Shown: piece after piece, positions 24,653 through 35,217 of the stretch
How positions within the stretch are numbered: the first letter of the stretch is position 1
Layout: every line of letters starts with the position of its first letter
Origin: an uncultured delta proteobacterium
GTDB lineage: Bacteria; Desulfobacterota; Binatia; Binatales; Binataceae
NCBI GenBank assembly: GCA_963711565.1
Contig: CAVQEQ010000004.1
Coordinates: 288,001 to 352,000, forward strand
DNA length: 64,000 nt
Direction: 5' to 3'
Notes under the pieces: generated by a model
What the model saw: only the letters and a program-made list of their open reading frames with translations
The model's database searches: none
Told to the model about the DNA's origin: nothing
Made by a program: the position numbers and the translations under genes

Positions 24653-25540
24653 ATGAACGCAGTTCTGTTGGTGGACAAGCCCGCCGGAATCTCGTCGGCG
24701 GAGGTCGTGCGCCGCGTCAAATCACGCGTCAAGCCGGCCCGCGTCGGACATCTCGGCACCCTCGATCCCTTCGCGACCGGGCTCTTGCCGATCATGATTG
24801 GCGAGGCGACCAAACTCGCACCGTTCATCGACGCCGGCGACAAGGAATACGCGGGCCTGATCCGGCTCGGCGTCGAGACCGACACGCTCGATCGCGACGG
24901 CGCCGAAGTCCACCGCGCCGAGGTGCCCGCAATCTCGGCCGATCAGCTCGCGATGGTCGCCGCGCAGTTCACCGGCGCTATCGAGCAGATTCCTCCCGTG
25001 TATTCCGCGATCAAGCGTGCCGGCGTGCCGCTCTACCGGCTCGCACGCCGGGGTGACGACGTTGCGCCGCCCGACAAGCGGAGCGTCGAGATCAAGCGCC
25101 TCGATCTCATCTGCGAAGCGCCCGACGCGATTCGGTTCGTCGCGACATGCTCGCCCGGCACCTACGCGCGTTCCCTTGCGCGCGACATCGGCGTCGCACT
25201 CGGCACAGTCGCACATCTCGACGCACTCCGCCGCACCCGCAACGGCGCCTTCTCGATTGGCGAGGCGATGCCGCTAAGCGATATTCTCGAGTCCCTCGAC
25301 TCGGGCGCGCCGCCGCTCCGCGTGATTAATCTTCGCGACGCACTCGTCGGCCTTCCGGAGGTGGTTGTCGATACCGCCGCGGAGAAACGCCTGCGCAACG
25401 GCGACTCGCGCGCGCTCGACTCTCAGGTTCCGAACGTCGGAGCGCTATTCAAGGTGATATCCAACAGCGGCGAACTGATAGCAGTCGCGCGGGCGACCTC
25501 CCGCGTGACGGCGATAGTCGAGCGAATTTTCAACCCGTAA
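24653..25540 (+). CDS. truB: tRNA pseudouridine(55) synthase
   Basis: GHLGTLDPFATG, PPVYSAIK, GTYARSL. Confidence 0.96.
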   Translation: MNAVLLVDKPAGISSAEVVRRVKSRVKPARVGHLGTLDPFATGLLPIMIGEATKLAPFIDAGDKEYAGLIRLGVETDTLDRDGAEVHRAEVPAISADQLAMVAAQFTGAIEQIPPVYSAIKRAGVPLYRLARRGDDVAPPDKRSVEIKRLDLICEAPDAIRFVATCSPGTYARSLARDIGVALGTVAHLDALRRTRNGAFSIGEAMPLSDILESLDSGAPPLRVINLRDALVGLPEVVVDTAAEKRLRNGDSRALDSQVPNVGALFKVISNSGELIAVARATSRVTAIVERIFNP

Positions 25541-25573
25541 GCGGATTCGTGGATCGCGACCTGGCGGGGTGTG

Positions 25574-25780
25574 CATCTTGAACCGCAGAACCCTTACCGC
25601 TGGCCGCCGTCGCGGCCAGCCGCCTCTCCCGTAAGAAATAACGGGCGAGGTAATTTCCCTCCGCCGCCTCACCCTGAACCTGAGAGCGAAATGTCGTCCT
25701 CGACATTTCGCGATTTCTTCTCACCGGGTGCAGGGGTCACCCCTGCCCAGGGAAGCATGAAACCCACGGTGGGTTTCATT
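25574..25780 (-). repeat. ~200-bp modular palindromic element (B-A-X-C), copy 2, inverted
   Basis: Reverse complement aligns to 22321-22527. Confidence 0.85.
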
Positions 25781-25789
25781 ACGATAACG

Positions 25790-25870
25790 TTCCTCCTTTT
25801 TCCGTTAGCTTTACTCCCCCCTCCGGCTCTGTTAGGTTGGTCGGCTAAAGATAAAGGAAAAAGGGAAAGT
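25790..25870 (+). promoter_or_regulatory. putative rpsO leader stem-loop
   Basis: CCTTTTTCC pairs with GGAAAAAGG and TTAGC with GCTAA, overlapping the RBS region. Confidence 0.5.
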
Positions 25871-25881
25871 AAGAACTCCGA

Positions 25882-26151
25882 ATGCCTCTTCCATCAGCCC
25901 GTAAGCGGGAAGTCATCCAAGCCAACGCTCGAACCACCAATGACAGTGGCTCGCCTGAAGTTCAGGTCGCGCTACTTTCGGCCCGGATCGACCAGTTGAC
26001 CGAGCATCTCGCGGCGCACAAGAAGGATCATCACACGCGCCGTGGTCTGTTGCGATTGGTCGGCAAGCGTCGTCGGCTGCTTGATTACCTGCATTCGCGC
26101 GATTTCTCGCGCTACAAAGGGCTGATCGACAAGCTGGGCATCCGGAGATAG
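25882..26151 (+). CDS. rpsO: 30S ribosomal protein S15
   Basis: [23 protein letters not shown]. Confidence 0.97.
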   Translation: MPLPSARKREVIQANARTTNDSGSPEVQVALLSARIDQLTEHLAAHKKDHHTRRGLLRLVGKRRRLLDYLHSRDFSRYKGLIDKLGIRR

Positions 26152-26308
26152 GCCGCACATATTCTGCCGCGCCGCCCTCAACACATCGGGCGCGCGGGCC
26201 TTGGCTGCCATCTGGCAGGAAACAAGGCGCGTCCCCTGTGACGCCTCGCGGGCAATCGAAAAACCGCAATCGTCGCGCGGCCTCAGATCCTCCCTCAGGT
26301 AATCGCTA

Positions 26309-28402
26309 ATGTACGAAAAACTCGAAATTGATTTCGCGGGGCGCAAGCTCTCGCTCGAAACCGGCCGCCTCGCCAAGCAGGCGCATGGCAGCGTGCTCGC
26401 GACTTACGGCGACACTGTCGTCCTCGCGACCGCGGTCTCCCAGTATGAAGCCCGGCCCAACATGGACTTCCTGCCACTCACAGTGGACTACGTCGAGAAG
26501 ACGTTCGCCGCCGGCAAGATTCCCGGCGGCTTTTTCAAGCGCGAAGGGCGCGCCTCCGAAAAGGAAATTCTTACCTCGCGCCTGATCGACCGCGCGATGC
26601 GCCCGTTGTTTCCCAAGGGCTACGATCGCGAAACCCAAATTATCACGACCGTCCTCTCCGCCGATCGCGACAACGATTCCGACATGCTCTCGCTCATCGC
26701 CACGTCGGCCGCCCTGATGGTCTCCGACATCCCGCACAAGGGCCCGGTGGCTTCGGTCAGGATGGGCCGCGTCGAGGGTAAAATCGTCGTCAATCCAACT
26801 TTCACCGAGCTCGAGGGCAGCGATGTGTCGCTGGTCGTCGCCGCCAGTCCTGAGTCGATCATGATGCTCGAGGGCGGCGCGCAGATTGTTGACGAAGAGG
26901 TCATACTCGAAGCGCTGTTTGCGGCGCATGAGGCGATGCAGCCGATATTCGCGATGCAGGAAGAGCTGCAACGCCGCGCGGGCAAGCCCAAGCGCGAGTT
27001 CGCGGTCAAGGAACGCGATGCCGCATTGTTGAAGGCGGTCGAAAAGAGCATCGGCGACGGAATCGAAAAAGCGCTCGCCACCAAGGGCAAGAAAGAGCGC
27101 GCCGCTGCGGTCTATGCGGTCAGCGACAAAGTGGTCGCAGATCTCGCCGAGAAGTTCCCCGACCGCGCCAAGGAAATCATCGACGCCTGCGACTACCTCG
27201 TCCGCACGCGCGTCCGCCTCGCGATTCTCGACGACGACAAGCGCATCGACGATCGCAAGTCCACCGACATCCGGCCGATCAGCGCCGACGTGCAGGTGCT
27301 CCCGCGCACACACGGCTCCGCGGTCTTCACCCGCGGCGAGACCCAGGCGCTCGCGACCGTCACGCTCGGCACGTCCTCCGATGAACAGAAGATCGACGCG
27401 CTGCTCGGCGAGCGCTTCAAGAAATTCCTGCTGCACTATAACTTTCCGCCATTCTCGACCGGCGAGGTGAAGTTCCTGCGCGCGCCGTCGCGGCGCGAAA
27501 TCGGTCACGGCGCACTCGCCGAACGCGCACTGTCTCCGATACTGCCCGACGAAGCCGACTTCCCGTACACGATTCGCGTCGTGTCCGACGTGCTCGAATC
27601 CAACGGCAGCTCCTCGATGGCCACCGTATGCGGTGGCAGCCTCGCGCTGATGGATGCGGGCGTGCCGACCAAGGCGCCGGTCGCGGGCATCGCGATGGGC
27701 CTGGTGAAGGAGGGCGACAAGGTCCGCGTGCTCACCGACATCCTCGGCGACGAGGACCATCTCGGCGACATGGACTTCAAGGTCGCCGGCACCAAGTCCG
27801 GCGTCACCGCGATCCAGATGGACAACAAGGCGGGCGGCGTGTCGAAGGACATAATGCGCCAGGCGCTGCATCAGGCGCGCGACGCGCGGCTGCACATTCT
27901 TGGCATCATGGAAAAAGCGCTGCCCACTGCGCGCAAGGACGTCTCCAGCTACGCGCCGCGAATCGTCACCCTGCACATCAAGCCCGACAAGATTCGCGAA
28001 GTGATCGGCCCGGGCGGCAAAGTCATCCGCGGACTGGTCGAGCAGACCGGCTGTAAGATCGATATCGAGGACGACGGCACGGTGCTGATAGCGTCGGCGG
28101 ACGGGACCGCGATGGAAAAAGCGATCAGCATGATCCAGGCGATCACCGCCGAGCCCGAAGTCGGCAAAATCTACGACGGCGTGGTCCGCAAGATCGTCGA
28201 GTTCGGCGCCTTCGTCGAGATAATGCCGGGCACCGATGGCCTCCTGCACATCTCGCAAATCTCGAACGAGCGCATCCGCCGGGTCGAAGACGTGCTGCAC
28301 GAAGGCGACGAGATCAAAGTGAAAGTGCTCGACGTCGATCGCAGCGGCAAAATCCGGCTCTCGATGCGCGAGGCCGAGCAGGAACCCAACAAGGGAAATT
28401 AG
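26309..28402 (+). CDS. pnp: polynucleotide phosphorylase
   Basis: GGFFKREG, RREIGHG, GDMDFKVAG, KH+S1. Confidence 0.98.
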   Translation: MYEKLEIDFAGRKLSLETGRLAKQAHGSVLATYGDTVVLATAVSQYEARPNMDFLPLTVDYVEKTFAAGKIPGGFFKREGRASEKEILTSRLIDRAMRPLFPKGYDRETQIITTVLSADRDNDSDMLSLIATSAALMVSDIPHKGPVASVRMGRVEGKIVVNPTFTELEGSDVSLVVAASPESIMMLEGGAQIVDEEVILEALFAAHEAMQPIFAMQEELQRRAGKPKREFAVKERDAALLKAVEKSIGDGIEKALATKGKKERAAAVYAVSDKVVADLAEKFPDRAKEIIDACDYLVRTRVRLAILDDDKRIDDRKSTDIRPISADVQVLPRTHGSAVFTRGETQALATVTLGTSSDEQKIDALLGERFKKFLLHYNFPPFSTGEVKFLRAPSRREIGHGALAERALSPILPDEADFPYTIRVVSDVLESNGSSSMATVCGGSLALMDAGVPTKAPVAGIAMGLVKEGDKVRVLTDILGDEDHLGDMDFKVAGTKSGVTAIQMDNKAGGVSKDIMRQALHQARDARLHILGIMEKALPTARKDVSSYAPRIVTLHIKPDKIREVIGPGGKVIRGLVEQTGCKIDIEDDGTVLIASADGTAMEKAISMIQAITAEPEVGKIYDGVVRKIVEFGAFVEIMPGTDGLLHISQISNERIRRVEDVLHEGDEIKVKVLDVDRSGKIRLSMREAEQEPNKGN

Positions 28403-28409
28403 TCGGCTG

Positions 28410-29672
28410 ATGATTCAAAAGAGTGTTATCGGAAACGGCGTGCGCATTCTCACCGAGGCGATGCCGCAGGTCGTTTCCTCGTCTATCGGCATCTGGGTCG
28501 AGAACGGCTCGCGCTACGAGGAGCCGGCCGAAAACGGCACCTCGCACTTCATCGAGCACCTGCTGTTCAAGGGCACGAAGAAGCGCACCGCCGCGCAAAT
28601 CGCCGAGGCCTTCGACGCCGTCGGCGGCGTGCTCAACGCCTTCACCGGCAAGGAGTACACCTGCTACTACGCCAAGGTGCTCGGCAAGGACCTCGAGATG
28701 GCGACGGAGGTGCTCGCGGATATTTTCCTCGAATCGACCTTCGATTCCGAGGAGATAGAGCGCGAGCGCCAGGTCGTCCTGCAGGAAATCTCGCAGGCAG
28801 AGGACACGCCCGACGATTTCATCCACGACCTCTTCAACGAAGAATTCTGGAAGGGTCATCCGCTCGCGCTGCCGATTTTCGGCTCGGTCGCGACGGTAAA
28901 TAAAATTGACCGCGAGCAGTTGATCTCGTTCATGGCGGCGCGCTACCGCTCCAGCCGCGTCTTCATCGCCGCCGCCGGCCAGGTCGAGCACGAACGCCTA
29001 ACTGCGAAATGCGCCGGGCTGTTCGGCGGCGTCGCGGGCGACGGCAAGGTCGAAAAATTCACGCCGCCAATCGACCATCCTCTGGTGCTGACGCGCGAGA
29101 AGAAACTCGAGCAGGCCCACATCTGCATCGGCGGTCCCGGCATCAGCCAATCGCATCGCTTGCGCTACGCGGCCTACGTGCTCAACACCGCACTCGGCGG
29201 TGGGATGTCCTCGCGGCTGTTCCAGGAAGTCCGCGAGAAGCGGGGCCGCGTTTACAGCATCTACTCGTTCATTTCGTCGTTCATCGACTCCGGATACTTC
29301 GGCGTCTACGCCGGCACCAATCCGGAATGGGTCGACGAAGTCCTCGAAGTAACAGTCGCCGAACTCCGCAAGGTAGAGCTCAACGGCCTCGAACCGGCCG
29401 AACTCGCGCGCGCAAAAAGCCAGCTCCAGGGCAACATGCTACTGGGAATGGAATCGACCGACAGCCGCATGAACCGCCTCGCCCGCAACGAAATCTATTT
29501 CCGCCGCGACGTCCCGCTGGACGAGCTCTCAGACGGAATCGAAGCCGTAACCAACGACAACATCGTCGAGCTGGCATCAACCTGCTTCCAACCCGACAAG
29601 CTGGCGATGGTCCTCCTCGGCGATCTAAAAGGCCGAAAAATCACCCGCGAAGTCTTCGCGCCGCTAGCGTAA
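28410..29672 (+). CDS. M16 family zinc peptidase
   Basis: HFIEH inverted zincin motif, LGGGMSSRLFQEVRE. Confidence 0.93.
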   Translation: MIQKSVIGNGVRILTEAMPQVVSSSIGIWVENGSRYEEPAENGTSHFIEHLLFKGTKKRTAAQIAEAFDAVGGVLNAFTGKEYTCYYAKVLGKDLEMATEVLADIFLESTFDSEEIERERQVVLQEISQAEDTPDDFIHDLFNEEFWKGHPLALPIFGSVATVNKIDREQLISFMAARYRSSRVFIAAAGQVEHERLTAKCAGLFGGVAGDGKVEKFTPPIDHPLVLTREKKLEQAHICIGGPGISQSHRLRYAAYVLNTALGGGMSSRLFQEVREKRGRVYSIYSFISSFIDSGYFGVYAGTNPEWVDEVLEVTVAELRKVELNGLEPAELARAKSQLQGNMLLGMESTDSRMNRLARNEIYFRRDVPLDELSDGIEAVTNDNIVELASTCFQPDKLAMVLLGDLKGRKITREVFAPLA

Positions 29673-29687
29673 TTGCGACTCTTACCT

Positions 29688-29814
29688 CTTACCTCGCCCA
29701 TTTACGGGAGAGGCGGCCGGCGGGCGCAGCCGCCGGTAGGTGAGGGTTCCGCGGCTCAAGTAGATAGCATGCGCACGCAGTCTTTGTGTCATTCAGAGCG
29801 AAGCGAAGAATCCC
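29688..29814 (+). repeat. family C plus family D module
   Basis: TTACCTCGCCC..ACGGGAGAGG..CCGGCGGGCGCAGCCGCCGG.AGGTGAGGGTTCCGCG shared with ~22448-22520, followed by TGTCATTCAGAGCG. Confidence 0.8.
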
Positions 29815-29848
29815 GGATCTTCTTGGCCGTGCTGGCGACCCCAGCCAT

Positions 29849-31258
29849 TCACGAAGCGCTCGCCCGCCAACTGCCATGAAATCCCACCGGCACCGGATGG
29901 TCGAGATGCGCCCGCGCAATCGGTCCACGCTCAATCTCCTCCGCATCGAAAATTGCGAGATGACTCGCGTTCCGATCCTCGTCGAAAATGTTCGTCAGCA
30001 AATATCCTTCGCCTTCGCCTGATCCTTCCCGCTTGGCCACGAACACCGGTTCCGCCACCGCAAAGCGCGCACCCGCCGCATAGATGTGCATTTCGCTGGT
30101 CGCATGATCGAAATGCCCGATGCCTCGATGAAAAATGTCGTCGCTGCCCGGACCGCCGATGCACGTCACAAAGCCATGCCGATAACTCAGACCCGTGCGC
30201 CGCTCGTCGATGCGCGGATACTCACATCGCTCGTCGCTCAGCCTTTCTACGGCGAAGCTGCCCGGCCTCGCCCAATTGAATTCCCAGCGCGTCAGGTACT
30301 GCGTCGCGCGCCGATGGTCAGTTGGCGTCCCGTCCGCAAGCGGAAACAACGGGACCTCCTGCTGGCAAACGTCCGCGACAATTCTGTCGCCCTCGTTGAA
30401 CGCATTCATAAGATGCCAGACCATGCAGGCGTCGCCCTCAAACCAGCGGACATCTTCCGCACCTCCGTTCCTCGGCATGATTCCGACGTGAGTGCCTTTC
30501 TCCGGCTCCCACGCGATTAGCGGCGCGCCGGCCATCGCCGGCTTGATCGACACCGTCACCGGGCACATCGCGAAGATCACAAAATTCGCCGTCACTGCAA
30601 AATCATGTACCAGCGCCGGGAACGGCCCGTGGATCATTTGCGATCGAACGATCTCGCCAGATGCGTTCGCGACGTAAAGCTCGATATCGCCGGTGATTCG
30701 CCCGGTCGGAAAGTTCGCGAAGAAGATCATCTCACCCGAGTGCGGATCGATCTTTGGATGAGCCGTCATGTTGCGCGGCAGCTTGTTGTTGAACGACCAG
30801 CGACCGATCGTTTCGAGCGACGCGGGATCCAGTTCGATCGGTCCGTGTCCTTCTTCCAGCGCCAACAGCTTGTTCGCATGCCACACGATGTTCGTATTCG
30901 CGACGCCGTCCGTTTGCATTCCAGCGACACTCGAATCCGAATCCGACGGAACGCCCGAAGTGCCGAACAGCGCTCGGCCCGCCGCGTGCTCGAGATTCCA
31001 CTGCTGCGTGCGCACCCAACGGTTGCGGTATGAGACCTTGCCCGCGCGCACGCGGAACGCATGCACCATTCCGTCCCCGTTCAGCGGGTTGTAGTTTCCG
31101 CGCGGCGCAAACTGCGGATTAGGTCCGATGCGATAGAAGGTGCCGTTGAGCTCCGCCGGAACCACGCCCTCAATCCTCAAATCCGCGCAGTCGCATTCCA
31201 TGCGAATTGGCTCAAACCCTTTCGACAAATAAGGATCGTTCGAAATCGCGCTCGCCAT
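29849..31258 (-). CDS. carotenoid/lignostilbene cleavage dioxygenase family
   Basis: YRIGPNP, GDGM, four Fe-binding His (TAHPK, VHDF, WHLMN, GFHG). Confidence 0.92.
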   Translation of the reverse strand: MASAISNDPYLSKGFEPIRMECDCADLRIEGVVPAELNGTFYRIGPNPQFAPRGNYNPLNGDGMVHAFRVRAGKVSYRNRWVRTQQWNLEHAAGRALFGTSGVPSDSDSSVAGMQTDGVANTNIVWHANKLLALEEGHGPIELDPASLETIGRWSFNNKLPRNMTAHPKIDPHSGEMIFFANFPTGRITGDIELYVANASGEIVRSQMIHGPFPALVHDFAVTANFVIFAMCPVTVSIKPAMAGAPLIAWEPEKGTHVGIMPRNGGAEDVRWFEGDACMVWHLMNAFNEGDRIVADVCQQEVPLFPLADGTPTDHRRATQYLTRWEFNWARPGSFAVERLSDERCEYPRIDERRTGLSYRHGFVTCIGGPGSDDIFHRGIGHFDHATSEMHIYAAGARFAVAEPVFVAKREGSGEGEGYLLTNIFDEDRNASHLAIFDAEEIERGPIARAHLDHPVPVGFHGSWRASAS

Positions 31259-31453
31259 TTTCCGCCTCCACCTCGTTCGCTAACAGGCGGCGCGCGCCGC
31301 TCGCAACGCAGAAGCCCCCTTGATTTTCATTTTTGATTGCTCCGCAGCCACTCGGCTGAATAAATCTTTTCTGTCAATACCTTGGAGACGCCTTCGCGTA
31401 GTCATATCCGTGCGAGGCTTGCCATCGCCCACTCAATTCGCGAGATTGCAACG

Positions 31454-31897
31454 ATGCGACCGACAGTGAAAATTGCGCGCCTTCGGAAAAGCGCACTGCC
31501 GCTCCCCGCCTATCAGAGCGAGCACGCCGCCGGCCTCGATCTGATGGCCGACATCGCTGCCCCAATCGAGATGGCGCCGCGCGAGCGGCGCGCCGTTCCC
31601 ACCGGCATCGCCGTCGAGATTCCGGTCGGTTACGAAGGGCAGGTGCGGCCCCGCAGCGGCCGCGCACTGAAAGAAGGGCTCGCGCTCATCAACTCGCCCG
31701 GAACTATCGACGCCGACTATCGTGGAGAAGTTAAAGTATTACTTGTGAATTTGGGCGAGCAGCCGCTCGTGATTAAACCCGGCGATCGCATCGCCCAGCT
31801 CATCATCGCGCCCGTCAGTCGCGCCGATATCGTCGAGGTCGATGAGCTCGCGCGAACCTCGCGCGGCCCGGGCGGCTTCGGACACACCGGCCGCTGA
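31454..31897 (+). CDS. dut: dUTPase
   Basis: [30 protein letters not shown]. Confidence 0.96.
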   Translation: MRPTVKIARLRKSALPLPAYQSEHAAGLDLMADIAAPIEMAPRERRAVPTGIAVEIPVGYEGQVRPRSGRALKEGLALINSPGTIDADYRGEVKVLLVNLGEQPLVIKPGDRIAQLIIAPVSRADIVEVDELARTSRGPGGFGHTGR

Positions 31898-31968
31898 GCG
31901 CGATCACGAAAGAGCGCGCCTCTCGATTGCGCGACCGTCCTCGCGTAATTTAGTTTTATCAGCACACA

Positions 31969-33408
31969 GTGAAAGACCGACCAACCGAGACCGACGCGGC
32001 ATTGACCGCGGTGACGCCTATAGACGGCCGCTACCGCGCGCGCACCCGGAGCTTGGAGGCCTGGTTCAGCGAGTTCGCGCTGATTCGCTACCGCGTCCGC
32101 GTCGAAATCGAATGGTACCTGTCGCTCGCCGGGCATCCTGAGATCGGCGCATTGAAAGCGATTCCCGCCGCGACCGCGAAAAAGCTCCGCGCAGTTTACG
32201 AGGACTTCACGCTCGACGACGCGCGCCGTGTGAAGGATCTCGAAGCGACCACCAATCACAACGTCAAGGCGGTCGAGTATTTCGTCAAGGAGCGAGTCGC
32301 CGCGATCGACCGCGCGCTGCCGATCGAGATGGTGCATTTCGCATGCACCTCCGAGGACATCAACAACCTCGCCTACGCGCTCATCCTGAAAGAGTTCGTC
32401 GAGAACGATCTTACGCCGCGGCTCGAAGCGGCGAACGCGCCGATCGTCAAGCTCGCGCATCGCTACAAGGCGCATCCGATGATGGCGCGGACGCACGGCC
32501 AGGAAGCGTCGCCGACGACGGTCGGCAAGGAGATGGCGATTTTCGCGACGCGCCTCGCGCGCCAACTCTCGCAGCTTCGCCGGCAGGAATTTCTCGGCAA
32601 GCTCAACGGCGCCGTCGGCAATTTCAATGCGCACCATTTCGCCCATCCCGAGGTCGATTGGATTGCGCACTCGCGGAATTTCGTCGAGCGCCTCGGCCTG
32701 ACCTGGAATCCGCTCACCACGCAGATCGAGAGCCACGATTTTATCGCCGAACTGTTCGGCGTCCTGATGCGCATCGACACGATCCTGCTCGGCTTCTGCC
32801 GCGACATGTGGAGCTACATCTCGATCGGCTACTTCGCGCAGAAGGCCGTCGCCGGCGAGACTGGGTCGTCGGTGATGCCGCACAAGGTCAATCCGATCGA
32901 CTTCGAGAACTGCGAGGGCAACCTCGGAATCGCGAGCGCACTGTTCGACCATCTCGCGCAGAAGCTGCCGGTCTCACGATGGCAGCGCGACCTGACGGAC
33001 AGCACCGCGATTCGGGCGATGGGCACCGCATTCGGTCATCTGGTCGTAGCGCTGGCGTCGTTGGAGCGCGGCCTTCAGCGCGTCGAGGTCAACGAGGTGC
33101 GCATCGTCGAGGATCTCGAGGCCGAACAGGCGTGGGAGGTCGTCGCCGAGGCGATTCAGACTCTGATGCGGCGCCACGGGCTGCCGAAACCGTACGAGAC
33201 GCTCAAAGAACTGACGCGCGGCCGTCGGATCGATAAACGCGTCATCGAGGAGTTCATCACGACGCTACCGCTGGATGCCGCCGCCAAGCGCGCTATGCGC
33301 GAGCTGAATCCGCGCAGTTACGTGGGACTCGCAGCGAAGCTCGTCGAGCAATTCGCGCCTAAGAACCTAACCCCTAACCCCTTCCTTCGAGGGAAGGGGA
33401 ACCGGTGA
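31969..33408 (+). CDS. purB: adenylosuccinate lyase
   Basis: PIDGRY, TSEDIN, ARTHGQ, GSSVMPHKVNP. Confidence 0.96.
   Translation: MKDRPTETDAALTAVTPIDGRYRARTRSLEAWFSEFALIRYRVRVEIEWYLSLAGHPEIGALKAIPAATAKKLRAVYEDFTLDDARRVKDLEATTNHNVKAVEYFVKERVAAIDRALPIEMVHFACTSEDINNLAYALILKEFVENDLTPRLEAANAPIVKLAHRYKAHPMMARTHGQEASPTTVGKEMAIFATRLARQLSQLRRQEFLGKLNGAVGNFNAHHFAHPEVDWIAHSRNFVERLGLTWNPLTTQIESHDFIAELFGVLMRIDTILLGFCRDMWSYISIGYFAQKAVAGETGSSVMPHKVNPIDFENCEGNLGIASALFDHLAQKLPVSRWQRDLTDSTAIRAMGTAFGHLVVALASLERGLQRVEVNEVRIVEDLEAEQAWEVVAEAIQTLMRRHGLPKPYETLKELTRGRRIDKRVIEEFITTLPLDAAAKRAMRELNPRSYVGLAAKLVEQFAPKNLTPNPFLRGKGNR
33361..33405 (+). repeat. family E palindrome within purB 3' end
   Basis: AAGAACCTAACCCCTAACCCCTTCCTTCGAGGGAAGGGGAACCGG. 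Confidence 0.85.
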
Positions 33409-33537
33409 CTTGCACTCTATCCACAACGCCCTCGGGAACGTTTGTGGACAACTGGCGCCGGCTTCGTTGTGATGATGCGACCGGTCGGTAAGATGATTAG
33501 ATTAACGTATTCCAATCGAACCGAAGGGAGAACCAAC

Positions 33538-34254
33538 GTGGAAACGACTCCGCAAAAACTCGAAATGTTTTACGAGGGCAAGGCGAAGAAACTTTACTCC
33601 ACGGCCGACCCCGACCTCGTAATCGCCTACTTCAAAGACGACGCCACCGCCTTCAACGGCAAGAAGAAGGACACCATCGAGGACAAGGGCGTGATGAACA
33701 ACCGCATGTCGGAGTTGTTTTTCACGCTGCTCGAAAAGAATGGCGTCAAGACGCACTTTGTCCGCCGCCTGAACGATCGCGAGATGCTCTGCAAGCGCCT
33801 CCAGATCATTCCGGTCGAGACTGTCGTGCGGAATATCGTCGCGGGCTCGATGGCGAAACGGCTCGGGCGCGAGGAGGGCGAGCCGCTGCCGCATCCGATT
33901 GTCGAGTACTACTACAAGTCCGACGCGCTCGACGATCCGCTGATCATCGGCGAGCATGCGATCGCGTTTGGATGGGCCACCGCCGCGGAACTCAAGCAGG
34001 TTGACGAGATGGCGCTGAAGGTGAATTCGATACTGAAAAGATTTCTCGACGAGCGCGGCGTGATCCTCGTCGATTTCAAGCTCGAATTCGGACGCTACCA
34101 AGGCGAGGTTATTCTCGGCGACGAAATCTGCCCCGACACTTGCCGCTTCTGGGACAAGGCGACGCGCCAGAAGCTCGACAAGGATCGCTTCCGCCGCGAT
34201 CTCGGCGGCGTCGAGGAGGCCTATCACGAGATGCTGCGCCGGGTGGAAATCTGA
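33538..34254 (+). CDS. purC: SAICAR synthetase
   Basis: [27 protein letters not shown]. Confidence 0.96.
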   Translation: METTPQKLEMFYEGKAKKLYSTADPDLVIAYFKDDATAFNGKKKDTIEDKGVMNNRMSELFFTLLEKNGVKTHFVRRLNDREMLCKRLQIIPVETVVRNIVAGSMAKRLGREEGEPLPHPIVEYYYKSDALDDPLIIGEHAIAFGWATAAELKQVDEMALKVNSILKRFLDERGVILVDFKLEFGRYQGEVILGDEICPDTCRFWDKATRQKLDKDRFRRDLGGVEEAYHEMLRRVEI

Positions 34255-34285
34255 TGGCCGACGCCGACGCGCGCGAGGGAGTGAG

Positions 34286-34531
34286 TTGCAAGTAAGAGTG
34301 TTCGTGACGCCCCGCAAGGGGATCCTCGACCCGCAAGGGCGCGCGGTCGAAAGTTCGCTCCAGAGTCTCGGCTTCAAAAACGTCTCAGGCGTCAAAGTCG
34401 GCAAGTACATCACGCTCGAAGTCGAAGCGCGCACTCCGTCCGACGCGCGCGACGAAGCAAAAAAAATGTGCGAGGCGCTCCTCGCCAACCCGGTGATCGA
34501 GGACTACCGCTTCGAGGTGGACGGCGAATGA
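34286..34531 (+). CDS. purS: FGAM synthase subunit PurS
   Basis: LDPQG, LLANPVIE. Confidence 0.95.
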   Translation: MQVRVFVTPRKGILDPQGRAVESSLQSLGFKNVSGVKVGKYITLEVEARTPSDARDEAKKMCEALLANPVIEDYRFEVDGE

Positions 34532-35217
34532 AGTGGGGTGTCGTGCGCTTCCCCGGCTCGCTGGACGACGGCGACGCGCTGCATGCGCTCGCGGACGTGA
34601 TGGGCCAGGACGCGCGCATCCTGTGGCACAAGGACGAATCGCTCGGCGGCGCCGAATGCATCCTGCTGCCGGGCGGCTTCAGCTACGGCGACTACCTGCG
34701 CACCGGCGCGATCGCGCGCTTCTCGCCGATCATGAAGAGCGTGGCGAAGTTCGCCGCCGACGGCGGCCTCGTCATCGGCACCTGCAACGGCTTTCAGATT
34801 CTGTGCGAGGCGCATCTGCTGCCCGGCGCGCTCACGCGCAACCGCTCGCTCTCCTTTATATGCGAGCGCGTGTGGCTCCGCGTCGAGAATGCGAGCACGC
34901 CGTTCACGCGCGCGACGAAGAATGGCGAAGTGCTGCAGTTGCCGATCAAGCACGGCGAAGGTTTGTACGTCGCGCCCGAAGATGAACTGCGCCAGATGGA
35001 AGAGCGCGGGCAGGTGATTCTGCGCTACGTCGATGCGGACGGGCGCGAGAGCGACGCGTCGAATCCCAACGGCTCGATGCGCTCGATCGCGGGCGTCGCC
35101 AACGAGCGCTTCAACGTTTTCGGTTTGATGCCGCATCCAGAGCATGCGGTAGAGCCGATGCTCGGCGGCGTCGACGGCCTCAAGATTTTTCAGTCGATTG
35201 CGGGGAGCGCGCGATGA
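34528..35217 (+). CDS. purQ: FGAM synthase subunit PurQ
   Basis: [20 protein letters not shown]. Confidence 0.96.
   Translation: MKWGVVRFPGSLDDGDALHALADVMGQDARILWHKDESLGGAECILLPGGFSYGDYLRTGAIARFSPIMKSVAKFAADGGLVIGTCNGFQILCEAHLLPGALTRNRSLSFICERVWLRVENASTPFTRATKNGEVLQLPIKHGEGLYVAPEDELRQMEERGQVILRYVDADGRESDASNPNGSMRSIAGVANERFNVFGLMPHPEHAVEPMLGGVDGLKIFQSIAGSAR

Noticed and set aside
26152-26308. Possible RNase III stem in the pnp leader (AGGCCGC...GCGGCCT)
   Set aside because: Pairing too short to support by eye in GC-rich DNA
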